The notes: generated from the letters alone by a model not told the origin. DNA of 64,000 nt from Pseudomonadota bacterium (GCA_021325135.1 JAJPHT010000039.1:64001-128000); one strand, 5' to 3'; shown: positions 9,716 to 19,767, counted from the stretch's first letter. Made by a program: numbers and translations.

Positions 9716-10504
9716 ATGGCCGACTTCCAGCTCATCAAGACCAAGGTCGAGGACAACATCGGCACCCTCACCCTGGCCTCGCCCCCGGTCAACGCCCTCT
9801 CCCCCGCCGTCCTCAAGGAGATCCAGGCGGCGCTGGAGCAGTTCAAGGCCCAGAAGGTCCGCGCCGTCATCGTCACCGGCTCGGGCGCCAACGCGTTCTG
9901 CGCGGGCGCCGACGTGAAGGCGATGCGCGACTTCGAGACGGCGCCCGACAAGGCCGCCGAGTTCCTCCAGCTTGGCGTGGACACCTTCAACGCCATCGAG
10001 AACTTCCCCGCGCCCGTCCTCTGCGCCATCAACAACCTGACGCTGGGCGGCGGCCTGGAGCTGGCCCTCTCGTGCGACATCCGCATCAGCAGCGACCGCG
10101 CCCGCTTCGGCCTGCCCGAGGTCACGCTGGGCCTCATCCCCTCGTGGGGCGGCACCGCGCGCCTGCCCCGCGTCGTGGGCGTGGGCAACGCGAAGGAGAT
10201 CATCTACACGGGCCAGCTCATCAACGCGCAGCAGGCCAACAAGATCGGCCTCGTCAACAAGGTCGTCCCCGACGGCGACGAGGTCCGCGCCGCGCTGGAC
10301 ATCGCGAAGCGCGTCGCCAGCAAGGCCTCCCCCGTCGCGGTGCGCAACGCCAAGCAGGCCATCAACGAGGGCGTCGGCGTCCCCCTGGAGCAGGCCCTCG
10401 CGGCCTCCGAGAAGGTCATGGGCGAGGTCATGACCTCCTCCGACCTCAAGGAGGGCATCAAGGCGTTCATCGAGAAGCGGCCGCCGGCCTTCAAGGGCGA
10501 GTGA
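9716..10504 (+). CDS. Enoyl-CoA hydratase/crotonase
   Basis: AFCAGADVK, GGGLELALSCDIR, FGLPEVTLGLIPSWGGT. Confidence 0.95.
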   Translation: MADFQLIKTKVEDNIGTLTLASPPVNALSPAVLKEIQAALEQFKAQKVRAVIVTGSGANAFCAGADVKAMRDFETAPDKAAEFLQLGVDTFNAIENFPAPVLCAINNLTLGGGLELALSCDIRISSDRARFGLPEVTLGLIPSWGGTARLPRVVGVGNAKEIIYTGQLINAQQANKIGLVNKVVPDGDEVRAALDIAKRVASKASPVAVRNAKQAINEGVGVPLEQALAASEKVMGEVMTSSDLKEGIKAFIEKRPPAFKGE

Positions 10505-10588
10505 AGGCCCCAGCCTGAGGCCGCCCGCGGACGGGACCCGCCTCGGGGGGTCCGAGTCTTCATCCTGCAGCGCGCCGATGCGGGGCCG

Positions 10589-11287
10589 ATGATCGCCCGC
10601 GTGAAGGTCCTGCAGTCCCGGCGCCTCACGCCCACGACGCACGCGATCCGCATCGAGCGTCCCCGCGGGTTCGAGTTCCGCCCCGTGCAGTTCGTGGGGC
10701 TGGAGATCGAGACGGACGAGGGCAGCGTGGAGTACCCCATGTCCATGGCCTCCTCGCCGACGCGCGACTGGATCGAGTTCGGCGCGCGCGTCGCGTCGGG
10801 CTCCCCGTGGAAGCGCGCCTTCGCGGCGCTGCGGCCCGGCGACACGGTGGAGATCGACGGCCCCTACGGCCGCTTCGTGCTGGACGAGACGCGCCCCGCC
10901 GTCTTCGTGGCCGGCGGCATCGGCATCACGCCGCTCAAGGGCATGATGGAGTACGCGACCGACAAGGCGCTGCCTCTTGATATCACGCTCCTCTACAGCA
11001 ATCGCACGCCGGAGGAGATCGCGTTCCGCGAGGAGATCGACGCGCTGGCGGCGCGCAACCCGCGCCTCCGCGTCGTCCACACCCTCACGCGCGCCGCGGC
11101 GGGGTGGGCTGGCCGCGTGGGCCGCATCGACGAGGCGCTGCTGCGCGAGGCCGCGAAGGGGCTCCGCGATCCGGCGTTCTACGTCTGCGGCCTGCCCGCC
11201 ATGGTGGAGGACATGGAGCGGCACCTGGCGGCCATGGGCGTTCCTCCGGCCCGGGTCGTCTCCGAGGAGTTCTACGGCTACGGGTAG
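10589..11287 (+). CDS. FAD/NAD(P)-binding oxidoreductase, FNR family
   Basis: DGPYGRF, VAGGIGITP, LLYSNR, YVCG, EEFYGY. Confidence 0.92.
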   Translation: MIARVKVLQSRRLTPTTHAIRIERPRGFEFRPVQFVGLEIETDEGSVEYPMSMASSPTRDWIEFGARVASGSPWKRAFAALRPGDTVEIDGPYGRFVLDETRPAVFVAGGIGITPLKGMMEYATDKALPLDITLLYSNRTPEEIAFREEIDALAARNPRLRVVHTLTRAAAGWAGRVGRIDEALLREAAKGLRDPAFYVCGLPAMVEDMERHLAAMGVPPARVVSEEFYGYG

Positions 11288-11359
11288 CCCATCGGCCAAG
11301 CCTCGACCAAGAACCCTTAAATCGCCCTGTCTGGAGTGCGCGGCATCCGAGGCCACCCC

Positions 11360-13165
11360 ATGCGCCGCGCCCTGCTCCTCGTCCTCGCCTTCGCGATGCT
11401 CTCCCCCGTCCTGGCCGGTTGCCTGGGCTCCAGCGGGCCCGCCGCCACGGCGGGGCAGGGCGCCGCCGCGCCCGCGTCGCTCAAGGACCTCGCGGCGAAG
11501 GCCGCCAAGGCCACGCTGGACAACGCGGACGGCACGCGCACCTTCCAGTACGAGGGGCAGACGCAGGGCGGCTACTCGGCCATCCTCGTCACGCGCGGCG
11601 TCAAGGACCCGCTGCTCGCGGACACGTTCCAGGTGGACAACCGGGTGGGCTACGTCGAGGTCAACGTCACCATGGACGCCTCGCAGGGCAACAGCGTCGC
11701 GGCGGAGATCATCGACGACGCGGGCAAGGTCCAGTGCGGTGCGCTGAGCTTCATGGCCAACCCCACCTGCACCGTCCCCGTCCCGGGCAACATGACCACG
11801 AAGAAGGACTGGAAGGTCCAGGTCATCACGGGCTACCCCACCTCCACCGCGCCGGTGGAGACGCCGGGCCAGGCGTTCAAGCTCGCCGTCACGCTCCACC
11901 TCCCCAGCCAGGTCACGCGCGGCGACCCCCTTGCGGGCACCGACCCCGCGATCCTCTTCCGCACCTCCGACACGGGCCTGGGCGGCGGCGAGGACAACGT
12001 GGGCGTGCTCCCCGACGGCAGCGTGTGGACGCAGGCCAACACGGCCACGCTCAAGAGCACCGACGACGGCAAGACGTGGAAGGACGTCGGCCCCGCGAGC
12101 ACGAGCCAGGCCACCTTCGACCCCATGCTCTACGTCGACGCGCCGCGCAACACCGTGTACGTCGACCAGCTCTACATCGGGTGCAGCGTCCTCGCGTGGT
12201 CCTCCGACGCGGGCGCCTCGTGGACCTCCAACCCCGCCGCGTGCGGCGGCCCCGGCGACGACCACCAGAAGATCGGCGTCGGCCCCAACCCCACGCCCGC
12301 GCCTTTCCCCGCGGTCTACTACTCCTACTCCAGCTTCGCCAAGGGCGTCTGGGTGTCGCGCTCCATCGACGGGGGCATGACGTTCACCACGACGCCGGTC
12401 GTGGGCGTGAGCGACGGCCGGGCCTACGCCAACGACGGCCCCGTGATCGCGGACGACAAGGGCAACGTGTACGTGCCGCTCTACATGTGCGACAACGGCG
12501 GCTACATGGGCGTCGGCGTCTCCAACGACTACGGCATGACGTTCAGCTTCGTCGAGGTCGACAAGACGAAGGAGGCGTGCAGCGACGTGGACCCGGGCCT
12601 CGCCGTCGACGCCGCGGGCAACGCGTACCTCGCCTACCACCGCGCGGACGGCATCCGCTACTCGTTCAGCAAGGACCACGGCAAGACGTGGAGCGCGCCC
12701 GTCACCGTGAGCCCGCCCACGCAGAAGAGCTTCGTGCACGTGGACGCCGTCGCGGGCGACGCGGGCCGCCTCGCCATCGTGTACCGCGCGACCAGCGACA
12801 GCGCGAAGGGCCCCGACAACGCGGACGGCTGGGCCTCGTGGTACCTCTACACCGCCTTCGTGGAGAACGCCACCGACAACGCCACGCGCAGCGTGAAGGT
12901 CGCCATGGTCACGCCGCCCGAGGACATCCAGCAGCGCGGTCCCATGTGCAGCCAGGGCGTCGCGTGCGTCACCGCGCGCAACCTCCTGGACTTCATCGAC
13001 GTCGCCGCGGGCCCCGACGGGCGCGTCTACATCTCGTATAGCGACGGCTGCAAGGACCCGTGCGCGATGCCCGCCAACAGCCGCGGCGCGGAAGGCATGG
13101 TCGCGGTCGAGGACTTCGGGCCCCGCCTCTTCGAGCACGGCGCGCCGTGGGCGGCGAAGCACTAG
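11360..13165 (+). CDS. Lipoprotein with BNR/sialidase-like propeller
   Basis: Lipobox VLAGC; Asp-boxes STDDGKTW, SSDAGASW, SIDGGMTF, SKDHGKTW. Confidence 0.88.
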   Translation: MRRALLLVLAFAMLSPVLAGCLGSSGPAATAGQGAAAPASLKDLAAKAAKATLDNADGTRTFQYEGQTQGGYSAILVTRGVKDPLLADTFQVDNRVGYVEVNVTMDASQGNSVAAEIIDDAGKVQCGALSFMANPTCTVPVPGNMTTKKDWKVQVITGYPTSTAPVETPGQAFKLAVTLHLPSQVTRGDPLAGTDPAILFRTSDTGLGGGEDNVGVLPDGSVWTQANTATLKSTDDGKTWKDVGPASTSQATFDPMLYVDAPRNTVYVDQLYIGCSVLAWSSDAGASWTSNPAACGGPGDDHQKIGVGPNPTPAPFPAVYYSYSSFAKGVWVSRSIDGGMTFTTTPVVGVSDGRAYANDGPVIADDKGNVYVPLYMCDNGGYMGVGVSNDYGMTFSFVEVDKTKEACSDVDPGLAVDAAGNAYLAYHRADGIRYSFSKDHGKTWSAPVTVSPPTQKSFVHVDAVAGDAGRLAIVYRATSDSAKGPDNADGWASWYLYTAFVENATDNATRSVKVAMVTPPEDIQQRGPMCSQGVACVTARNLLDFIDVAAGPDGRVYISYSDGCKDPCAMPANSRGAEGMVAVEDFGPRLFEHGAPWAAKH

Positions 13166-13183
13166 CCATTCTGCTTGGCGCTC

Positions 13184-13210
13184 CTGGGGGCTCCGCCCCC
13201 TTTCCCCCCG
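13184..13210 (+). repeat. REP-like element, copy 1 (ctgggggctccgccccct-n-ccccccg)
   Basis: 18 bp identical to the minus-strand copy at 37162-37187; partial inverted copy at 13279-13290. Confidence 0.7.
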
Positions 13211-13218
13211 GGAGCCCG

Positions 13219-13270
13219 CGAATCTCCGAATCACGGAATCTCCGCGGGGATTCTGAGATTCGGAGATTCG
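13219..13270. repeat. Imperfect palindrome built from 3+3 GAATC octamer units; putative operator or centromere-like site
   Basis: gaatctcc-gaatcacg-gaatctcc-gc-ggggattc-tgagattc-ggagattc. Confidence 0.8.
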
Positions 13271-13413
13271 GGTGTTGGAGGGGCGGAGCCTCCGGCATGG
13301 GCAGGGCCGAGAGGGCGGACCCCTCGCTGCGGCCTGACCCCGCCAGCGCGGCGTTGTTCGTGTTTTCCATACAACCATCCCCTGAAAGGGGACGGCCTAC
13401 GGAGCGAAGCTGC

Positions 13414-13701
13414 ATGGCGGAACGTCTTCCGAGACCCGCGACCGCGATCTCCGACCCCCTCAACGCCCCGCTGCCCGTCTTCCGCCAGGCGCCCCCCACG
13501 GCCGGGGAGAACGACCTGCACGAGCTTCGGGTCCGGATCCCGGTCGACCTCCACCGGCAGCTCCTCTCCCTCAAGGTCCTCCGAGGGCGGAGCCTGGCCG
13601 AGACGGTCGCGCTGGCCTTGGACATCTACTTCGCCAACCACGGCAAGTCGGCGCCCCACGACGAGGAAGCGCCCAACGAGGCGCGCGCGCCCGAGCCGTG
13701 A
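13414..13701 (+). CDS. Small ribbon-helix-helix-like DNA-binding protein
   Basis: LHELRVRIPVDLHRQLLSLKVLRGRSLAETVALALDIYF fits the strand-helix-G-S-helix pattern; Pro-rich N-terminal tail. Confidence 0.7.
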   Translation: MAERLPRPATAISDPLNAPLPVFRQAPPTAGENDLHELRVRIPVDLHRQLLSLKVLRGRSLAETVALALDIYFANHGKSAPHDEEAPNEARAPEP

Positions 13702-13710
13702 CCGGGCCTT

Positions 13711-14331
13711 TCACGCGCGCAGCCGCGCGAACCAGTTGTCCGGGAGCCACGTCGCCCCCTTGGAGAGCCGCTCCCCCGCCACGCGGACGTGGGTGAACCC
13801 CGCCGCGCGGCAGTCGGCGGCCAGCTCCCAGGGCTGGTAGAAGTGGTAGTAGCGCGCGACGTCGCCCCAGGGCACGTCCGCGTCCGCCTTGGCCCAGCCG
13901 GAGAGCGTGCCGTCGCGGTAGCGGCTCCACACCGTGACCAGCGCCTCGGAGCCTGGCCGCAGCACGCGGCGCATCTCCGCCAGGGCCCCCAGACGCGCGA
14001 GGCGCCCCGGGATGCAGTGCAGGCCCGCGACGAAGAGGGCGCCGTCGAAGGACGCGCTCCGGAAGGGCAGGTCGCGGGCGTCCGCCTGCACGCACGCCAG
14101 GCCGCGCTCGCGGGCGAAGGCCAAGAGCGAGCGCGAGAAGTCCGCGGCCGCCACGTCCGCGCCCGCCTTCTGCGCGACGACGCCGTGGCGCCCGTTCCCC
14201 GCCGCGAGGTCCAGCACCCGGGCGCCGGGAGCGAACGCGCCGGCGAAGCGGGCGACCTCGGGCCACGCGCGGCGGCGGGCGCGCTCCCACGCGTCCGCGA
14301 GGCCTTCCCACTGGGCGCGCGTGTCGGGCAC
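13711..14331 (-). CDS. Class I SAM methyltransferase, Trm9/ALKBH8-like
   Basis: VLDLAAGNGRH, ADARDLPF, RVLRPG..LVTVWS, RYYHFY; GTG start inferred. Confidence 0.8.
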   Translation of the reverse strand: MPDTRAQWEGLADAWERARRRAWPEVARFAGAFAPGARVLDLAAGNGRHGVVAQKAGADVAAADFSRSLLAFARERGLACVQADARDLPFRSASFDGALFVAGLHCIPGRLARLGALAEMRRVLRPGSEALVTVWSRYRDGTLSGWAKADADVPWGDVARYYHFYQPWELAADCRAAGFTHVRVAGERLSKGATWLPDNWFARLRA

Positions 14332-14378
14332 GAAGGGGGAGGGCGTCTGGCCCGGTGTCTTCCTTTCGGCTGGTCCGC

Positions 14379-15689
14379 TTAAAGCTGGCCGACGGGAGCG
14401 GGGAGCGCGGGCGGCTTGGCGTCCAGGGCCAGCGCGAAGGCGTAGGTCTGCGTCACCACCGTCTCGACGTGGACGCGCCACGTCCCGCTGGAGGACGCGA
14501 CCCAGCCCGGCGAGACCACCGATGCAGAGTAGCCGAAGGTGCAGACGTTCGCGACCTGGACGAGGCCGGGGTCGTAGAGGTCGGCGCACACGAAGCTCCC
14601 CGAGATGGGCAGGCGGATGGACTGCCCGGCCTCGGCGTGGAACGAGTACCAGTCGGAAAGGTCGGTCATGACGTCCTCCTCTCCTCGGTAGACGGCGCCG
14701 GGGCTGATGGGGAGGGCCGCATCGGCCTCGTTGCCCGCGTCGCGGCCGCTGCCCGCGTCATCCTGCGGGTGGTCGAACTGGTCGAGGTAGACGGTGGGGT
14801 CCTCCGCGGGGCGCACGTCGGGCGCGGGCGCGTCGAGGCCCAGCGAGAAGCGGTAGGACTGCGGCGCGCCCAGGGGGAGGCCCAGCGTCCACGTGCCCGA
14901 CGCGTCCGCGACGAGGTCGAGGAGCGTGACGAGGCCGAGGCCCGTGTAGCTCTCCGAGCACGCGGGGCCCGCCGACGAGCCGTCGGGGCGGAGCAGCTCG
15001 TCGCAGCGCAGCGAGGTCGTGGACTGGACCTGCAGCCGGTCGCCCGCGGAGAGGGGGAAGGAGTACCAGTCCGCCGGGTCGTAGGGGCCGGCGCCGAAGC
15101 CGTCGTAGGCGATGCCGAACGAGACGGGCACCGCCTCGCGCGGGTCGTTGCCCGCGTCGCGGCCGCTGCCCGCGTCGTCGTGGGGCAGAGGGAGGGCCGG
15201 CCGCGCGGGCTCGGGCGCGATGGCGTCCAGGGCGAAGGAGAAGAAGTACGTCTGGTCTGCGTCGCCGGAGTAGGCGAGGTGATGGCGGCCCGCGCTGCCC
15301 ACGTGGAGCAGGAGGCGAATCTCCTGGCCGGCGAGGGAGCACGAGGAGGCCAGCTGGGTGGAGCCCGCGGCGTCCCACAGGCTCAGGCAGCCCGGCAGGC
15401 CGGAGAGGCGCGCGTCCAGAAGCGCGCCAGTGGGGGCGTCGAAGGAGTACCAGTCGGCGTAGTCCCCCGGCACGATCCCCTGGTGGTAGAGGTCGCGGTG
15501 GATGTCGCCGCGGTACACGACGCCGGGGAGGATGGGGACTGCGGTCGCGGGGCCCGTTCCGGCGTCCCGACCGCTGCCCGCGTCGTCTTCGCGGAGAGGA
15601 TAGGGCGGGAGATCGGGCGTGGTCAGGGCGAGGGCCGAGGGGAGAAGCAGCAGCACAGCGACGGCTGTCGCGGGGACGATGGGGCGCAC
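14379..15689 (-). CDS. Secreted protein with three PPC-like repeats
   Basis: Signal peptide; 3x DDAGSGRDAG...D..DWYSF...G units, each with a Cys pair. Confidence 0.8.
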   Translation of the reverse strand: MRPIVPATAVAVLLLLPSALALTTPDLPPYPLREDDAGSGRDAGTGPATAVPILPGVVYRGDIHRDLYHQGIVPGDYADWYSFDAPTGALLDARLSGLPGCLSLWDAAGSTQLASSCSLAGQEIRLLLHVGSAGRHHLAYSGDADQTYFFSFALDAIAPEPARPALPLPHDDAGSGRDAGNDPREAVPVSFGIAYDGFGAGPYDPADWYSFPLSAGDRLQVQSTTSLRCDELLRPDGSSAGPACSESYTGLGLVTLLDLVADASGTWTLGLPLGAPQSYRFSLGLDAPAPDVRPAEDPTVYLDQFDHPQDDAGSGRDAGNEADAALPISPGAVYRGEEDVMTDLSDWYSFHAEAGQSIRLPISGSFVCADLYDPGLVQVANVCTFGYSASVVSPGWVASSSGTWRVHVETVVTQTYAFALALDAKPPALPAPVGQL

Positions 15690-15820
15690 AACTCTAGCCT
15701 CCGCGACCTGCGTGGCGTTGCCAGCGGATGAAGGATCGCATGAGCGGCCGGTCCCTTGCTTGTATAAGTGCGGTTGCGGCAGCCCTTTTACGTCCGCGGG
15801 GCGCATCCCGGCCGATCCCC

Positions 15821-16720
15821 GTGAACATCAAGATCATCGGCGTGCCCATGGACCTGGGCGCCTCCCGCCGCGGCACCGACATGGGGCCCTCGGCCATGCG
15901 CGCCGCGCGCCTCGGGCCCCGCATCGAGCGGCTGGGCCATAACGTCGAGGACCTGGGCAACATCTACTCGCCCACGGTGGAGACGAAGGGGCCCGGCAAC
16001 CCGCGCCTGCGCTACGCCGACGAGATCACGCGCGTCTGCGACACGCTGGCGCGCCGCGTCGAGAAGGTCGTGCAGGCCGGCGAGTTCCCGCTGGTCCTGG
16101 GCGGCGACCACTCCATCGCCATGGGTACCGTGGGCGGCGTCGCGCGGGCCATCGGCGCGGGCCGCACGGGCGTCATCTGGGTGGACGCGCACGGCGACTT
16201 CAACACCGCGGACACGAGCCCCACGGGCAACATCCACGGCATGCCCTACGCGGCCATCTGCGGCATCGGCGAGCAGGCCCTCACCGAGCTTGGCGGCGTC
16301 AACCCCAAGGTGAAGTGCGAGAACGCGGTCATCGTCGGCGCGCGCGATATCGATCCCGAGGAGGGCACGCTCCTCAAGAAGGCCGGCGTCACGGTGTTCA
16401 CCATGCGCGAGATCGACGAGCGGGGCATCCGCCGCGTCATGGAGGACGCGCTGGACGCCGCGTGCCGCAACGTCGCGCACCTGCACGTCTCGTTCGACGC
16501 GGACAGCGTGGACCCCGAGGACGCGCCCGGCGTCGGCACGCCCGTCCCCGGAGGCCTCACCTACCGCGAGGCGCACCTGGCCATGGAGATGGCGAGCGAG
16601 GTGCCCTTCTTCAAGAGCCTGGAGATCGTCGAGGTCAACCCGCTCATGGACGAGCGCAACCGCACCGCCGAGCTGATGGTGGGGCTCGCCGCCAGCGCGC
16701 TGGGGAAGCGCATCCTCTGA
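15821..16720 (+). CDS. rocF: Arginase
   Basis: GGDHSIA, DAHGDFN, SPTGNIHGMP, SFDADSVDP, GTPVPGG, EVNP. Confidence 0.95.
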   Translation: MNIKIIGVPMDLGASRRGTDMGPSAMRAARLGPRIERLGHNVEDLGNIYSPTVETKGPGNPRLRYADEITRVCDTLARRVEKVVQAGEFPLVLGGDHSIAMGTVGGVARAIGAGRTGVIWVDAHGDFNTADTSPTGNIHGMPYAAICGIGEQALTELGGVNPKVKCENAVIVGARDIDPEEGTLLKKAGVTVFTMREIDERGIRRVMEDALDAACRNVAHLHVSFDADSVDPEDAPGVGTPVPGGLTYREAHLAMEMASEVPFFKSLEIVEVNPLMDERNRTAELMVGLAASALGKRIL

Positions 16721-16723
16721 GGC

Positions 16724-18766
16724 TCACGGCCGCCGGCGCCACGCGAGGGCGAGCGCGGCCACGAGCGGGACCAGCAGCGCGACGCCCGGCGCCGGGAGGA
16801 ACCTTGCGGGCGCGGCCACGTCGTAGGTCTTCTCGACGTGGATGGGCTGCGCGCTGTCCACGCCAAGAATCTTGAGGTCGGCGCTCACGGTGTGCTTGCC
16901 CGCGGGGAGGTCCAGGTCGTCGGTGCGCTGCGTCGCGGTGCCCGCGCCCGGCACGCCCGGGATGACCTTGTCGCCCACGAGCTTGCCGTCCAGGCGGAAC
17001 TCGACGCTCACGCGGTCCACGGGCGCGAGGTTGGGGTTGCGCACGACGACGCCCACGAAGCCCTTCACCGAGCCGCCGTCGACGCGCGTGATCACGTCGA
17101 GGTTCGTGACGGTGAGCGTCGCGGGGGGCTCGGGGGGCGGCTGCTGCGGGGAGCCCCCGTCGGGGCCGGGCGGAGGGGTGGAGGTCGTGGGGGGCGTGGG
17201 CGGGGACGGCGTCACGTCGGGGGGCGGCGACTCGGAGGCTGGCGCGGCGATGGTGATGTCGCGCTGGATCGCGTTGTCGTCGCGCGTGGACTCGTTGACG
17301 AGGCGGTCGGGGTCGACCAGGGCGGAGAGCGTGTGGTTCCCCTCCGCGGCGCCGCCCCACGAGAAGACGGCCGAGTAGGACCGTCCGGCGGGGAGCGCGG
17401 GCACGTCCTTGCTCGCGAGCAGCACGCCGTCGGCGCGCAGGAGGAGCGTCGTGCGGTTGGAGGCGCCCTGGCCCGCGTTGCGCACGAGCGCCGTGACCAT
17501 CACCGTCTCGCCGGGGCTGGGGTCGTCGGGCAGCGCGTCGAGGCGCTCCACGAGGAGGTCGGGCTGCGCCGCGGTCTCGGCCGTGCCCTGGATGGTGAGG
17601 TTCTGGTCCCACTCGTTGTTGGCCCTCGTCTGCTCGACGGTGAGGTTGTCCGGGTCCGCGACGACGCGCAGCGTGTGCGCGCCCGCGCCGAGCACCGCGT
17701 AGAGCTGGTAGTGCGCCGTCTGGCCCGGGCCGAGGTTGGGCGACGACGCGTTGGCGATGGGGACCGCGCCGTCGTACACGCGGATCTGCGCCACGCCCGC
17801 GGCTCGGTCGCCCAGGTTCGTCACCAGCGCGTCCACGAGGAGGCCGCGGTGCTCCAGGAACGAGCCGTGCACGGTGACGTTCGCGACCGCGAGGTCGGGC
17901 GCGGGGTGCGGGAGGATCTCGAAGGGAGCGCACGCGACGTAGAGCGTGTTCGTGCACTGGAGCACGGTGGCGTTGGCGGGGTCCAGCACGGCCATGGCGG
18001 TGAAGTTGCCCGCGGGGCGCAGGTCCGTGTCGTTGTAGATGAACACCTCGGCCTGCGTGCCCGGCTGGAGCGCGGGGACGCCGTCCGAGCCCACGAGGCC
18101 GTTGTCGTCGTAGAACGCGACGGTGGTGGGCGCCGAGGGCGCGTCGCCCGCGTTCGCGACGGTGGCGACCATGAACTGCGACGTGCTGGGGCGGCCCACC
18201 GGGGGCGAGACGCGGAACGCCGCGAGGTGCAGGTCGGGCGCGGGCGTGGGACGCACGTAGAACCAGCGGTCGGGCGCGACGTTGTTGGACTCGTCCGACT
18301 CGGCCACGTCGCCGTTGGGCGCGTCGCCGCGCGGCGGGTCCACGGTGAGGGAGAAGCGGTGCCAGCCCGCGGCCAGCGTGGCGTTCCAGCACAGCTCGTC
18401 GCTGAAGTCGCCCGTGTGCAGGAGCTTGAGCACCTGGAGCGACGACTCGGGCAGGCCGTCGAGGACGAGCTGCACGTAGAAGGGGGACTTGGTGGCGCTG
18501 TCCTGCGCAACGTTGGCCGCGTAGCCGCACATCTGGCTGGGGAAGCGCTCGTCGGTCACGGTGGCGGCGAGGTTCGCGCCGAAGAGGTCGGGCGAGCGGC
18601 AGTAGGGCGGCGTGGCGCCCGCGCCGTTGGACTGCGCCGCGTCGTAGGCCTGCTCCTGCTGGTCGCAGAACGGGTCGTCCGCCCGCGCGGGGCCCGGGAG
18701 CGCCAGGGCTGGCGCCAGCACGAGCAGGGCCAGCAGGATGCCTCGGGCGGCCTGGGGCGACACCAC
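16724..18766 (-). CDS. CARDB-repeat surface protein with C-terminal anchor
   Basis: Repeated PDL...V.N.G...DP...E....NN units; Pro/Thr linker; LPAPG-TM-WRRRP tail. Confidence 0.85.
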   Translation of the reverse strand: MVSPQAARGILLALLVLAPALALPGPARADDPFCDQQEQAYDAAQSNGAGATPPYCRSPDLFGANLAATVTDERFPSQMCGYAANVAQDSATKSPFYVQLVLDGLPESSLQVLKLLHTGDFSDELCWNATLAAGWHRFSLTVDPPRGDAPNGDVAESDESNNVAPDRWFYVRPTPAPDLHLAAFRVSPPVGRPSTSQFMVATVANAGDAPSAPTTVAFYDDNGLVGSDGVPALQPGTQAEVFIYNDTDLRPAGNFTAMAVLDPANATVLQCTNTLYVACAPFEILPHPAPDLAVANVTVHGSFLEHRGLLVDALVTNLGDRAAGVAQIRVYDGAVPIANASSPNLGPGQTAHYQLYAVLGAGAHTLRVVADPDNLTVEQTRANNEWDQNLTIQGTAETAAQPDLLVERLDALPDDPSPGETVMVTALVRNAGQGASNRTTLLLRADGVLLASKDVPALPAGRSYSAVFSWGGAAEGNHTLSALVDPDRLVNESTRDDNAIQRDITIAAPASESPPPDVTPSPPTPPTTSTPPPGPDGGSPQQPPPEPPATLTVTNLDVITRVDGGSVKGFVGVVVRNPNLAPVDRVSVEFRLDGKLVGDKVIPGVPGAGTATQRTDDLDLPAGKHTVSADLKILGVDSAQPIHVEKTYDVAAPARFLPAPGVALLVPLVAALALAWRRRP

Positions 18767-18906
18767 GTCGGACCGGCCCCCAACGGCTCTTAAGCCTTGT
18801 TGAGCACCCTTTGGCGATCGGCGCCCATCGCACGACCTGAGCGCTGCCTCCGCTTCACAGCTTTTCTTCGCAAGTGGCTTGTAACACAATGGGCGTGCGA
18901 AGCGCC

Positions 18907-19338
18907 ATGCGCCTCCCTCTCGTCGCGATCCTTCTGCTCGCGCTCGCCCCGCTCCCGCATGCGGCGGCCGCCCTCTGCGGCTCCCCGTGCGGTCCGCCCC
19001 AAAACCCCTGCGAGCCCATGTGCGCAGGCGCCAGCGGTGAATGCTACGACTCCGATCCCACCGTGATGGGCGCCACCGGCGGCGAGGACGAGGCCGGCGT
19101 CGCGGGCGGCTCCGTGGTCCTCCCGACGGGCACGGGCGCCGCGAACGCGCTGTTCGCATTCCTCAACGACCCCAAGGGCATCCCCGCGGGCGACGCCTGC
19201 ACGGCTCCTGGCGACGACCACCTGGAAGCGCACGCCTTCGTGGCGGGCGCGGGGGGCGTCGAGGTCTGCTACGATGGAGCGGTCCACGCCTACGCGACGG
19301 AGGTCTGCGACGGTGACGACCCGGGCGACTCCGGCTGA
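18907..19338 (+). CDS. Secreted Cys-rich small protein (8 Cys)
   Basis: Signal peptide MRLPLVAILLLALAPLPHAAA. Confidence 0.7.
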   Translation: MRLPLVAILLLALAPLPHAAAALCGSPCGPPQNPCEPMCAGASGECYDSDPTVMGATGGEDEAGVAGGSVVLPTGTGAANALFAFLNDPKGIPAGDACTAPGDDHLEAHAFVAGAGGVEVCYDGAVHAYATEVCDGDDPGDSG

Positions 19339-19433
19339 GCAACGCCTGATCCCTCGGAACGGGGCCCCGCCTCGTTCCCCGCGCATCGCGACCGCGCAGT
19401 TCAAACCGCCTCGCCGCCGAAGAGCGCCGCGGG

Positions 19434-19730
19434 ATGCACATGGACACGGCGAACCTCCTCGTCTCGCACCGGCAGCACGTCTTGGACCTCTTCCACGCCG
19501 CGTTGCCGGGAGTCAGGGGCGTCGTACTCTCCGACCCGGCGGGAGCCCCCGTGGCGCATGACGCGGGGCCCCACGCCGGGCCGCTGGCCGCCGCCGCGCT
19601 GCGCGAGCACCAGGCCTCGGGCGGCGTCGGGGCCTCCACCATGGTGAGCCACGCCGACGGGCTCTACCTCGTCGTCTTCCTCTCCGCGCAGCAGGCCCAG
19701 GCGTGGGCCGCTCCCCCCTTGCCCGCGTGA
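19434..19730 (+). CDS. Roadblock/LC7(MglB)-like small protein
   Basis: LPGVRGVVLSDPAGAPVAH resembles the roadblock GVxxAxLxxxDGxxIA motif; 98 aa. Confidence 0.55.
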   Translation: MHMDTANLLVSHRQHVLDLFHAALPGVRGVVLSDPAGAPVAHDAGPHAGPLAAAALREHQASGGVGASTMVSHADGLYLVVFLSAQQAQAWAAPPLPA

Positions 19731-19767
19731 GCCGAAGGGTTTTCCGGGGTCGCGCGGCTGCGCCCGC

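Noticed and set aside
13219-13270. CRISPR array
   Set aside because: The units are 8 bp with no spacers, and there are no cas genes.
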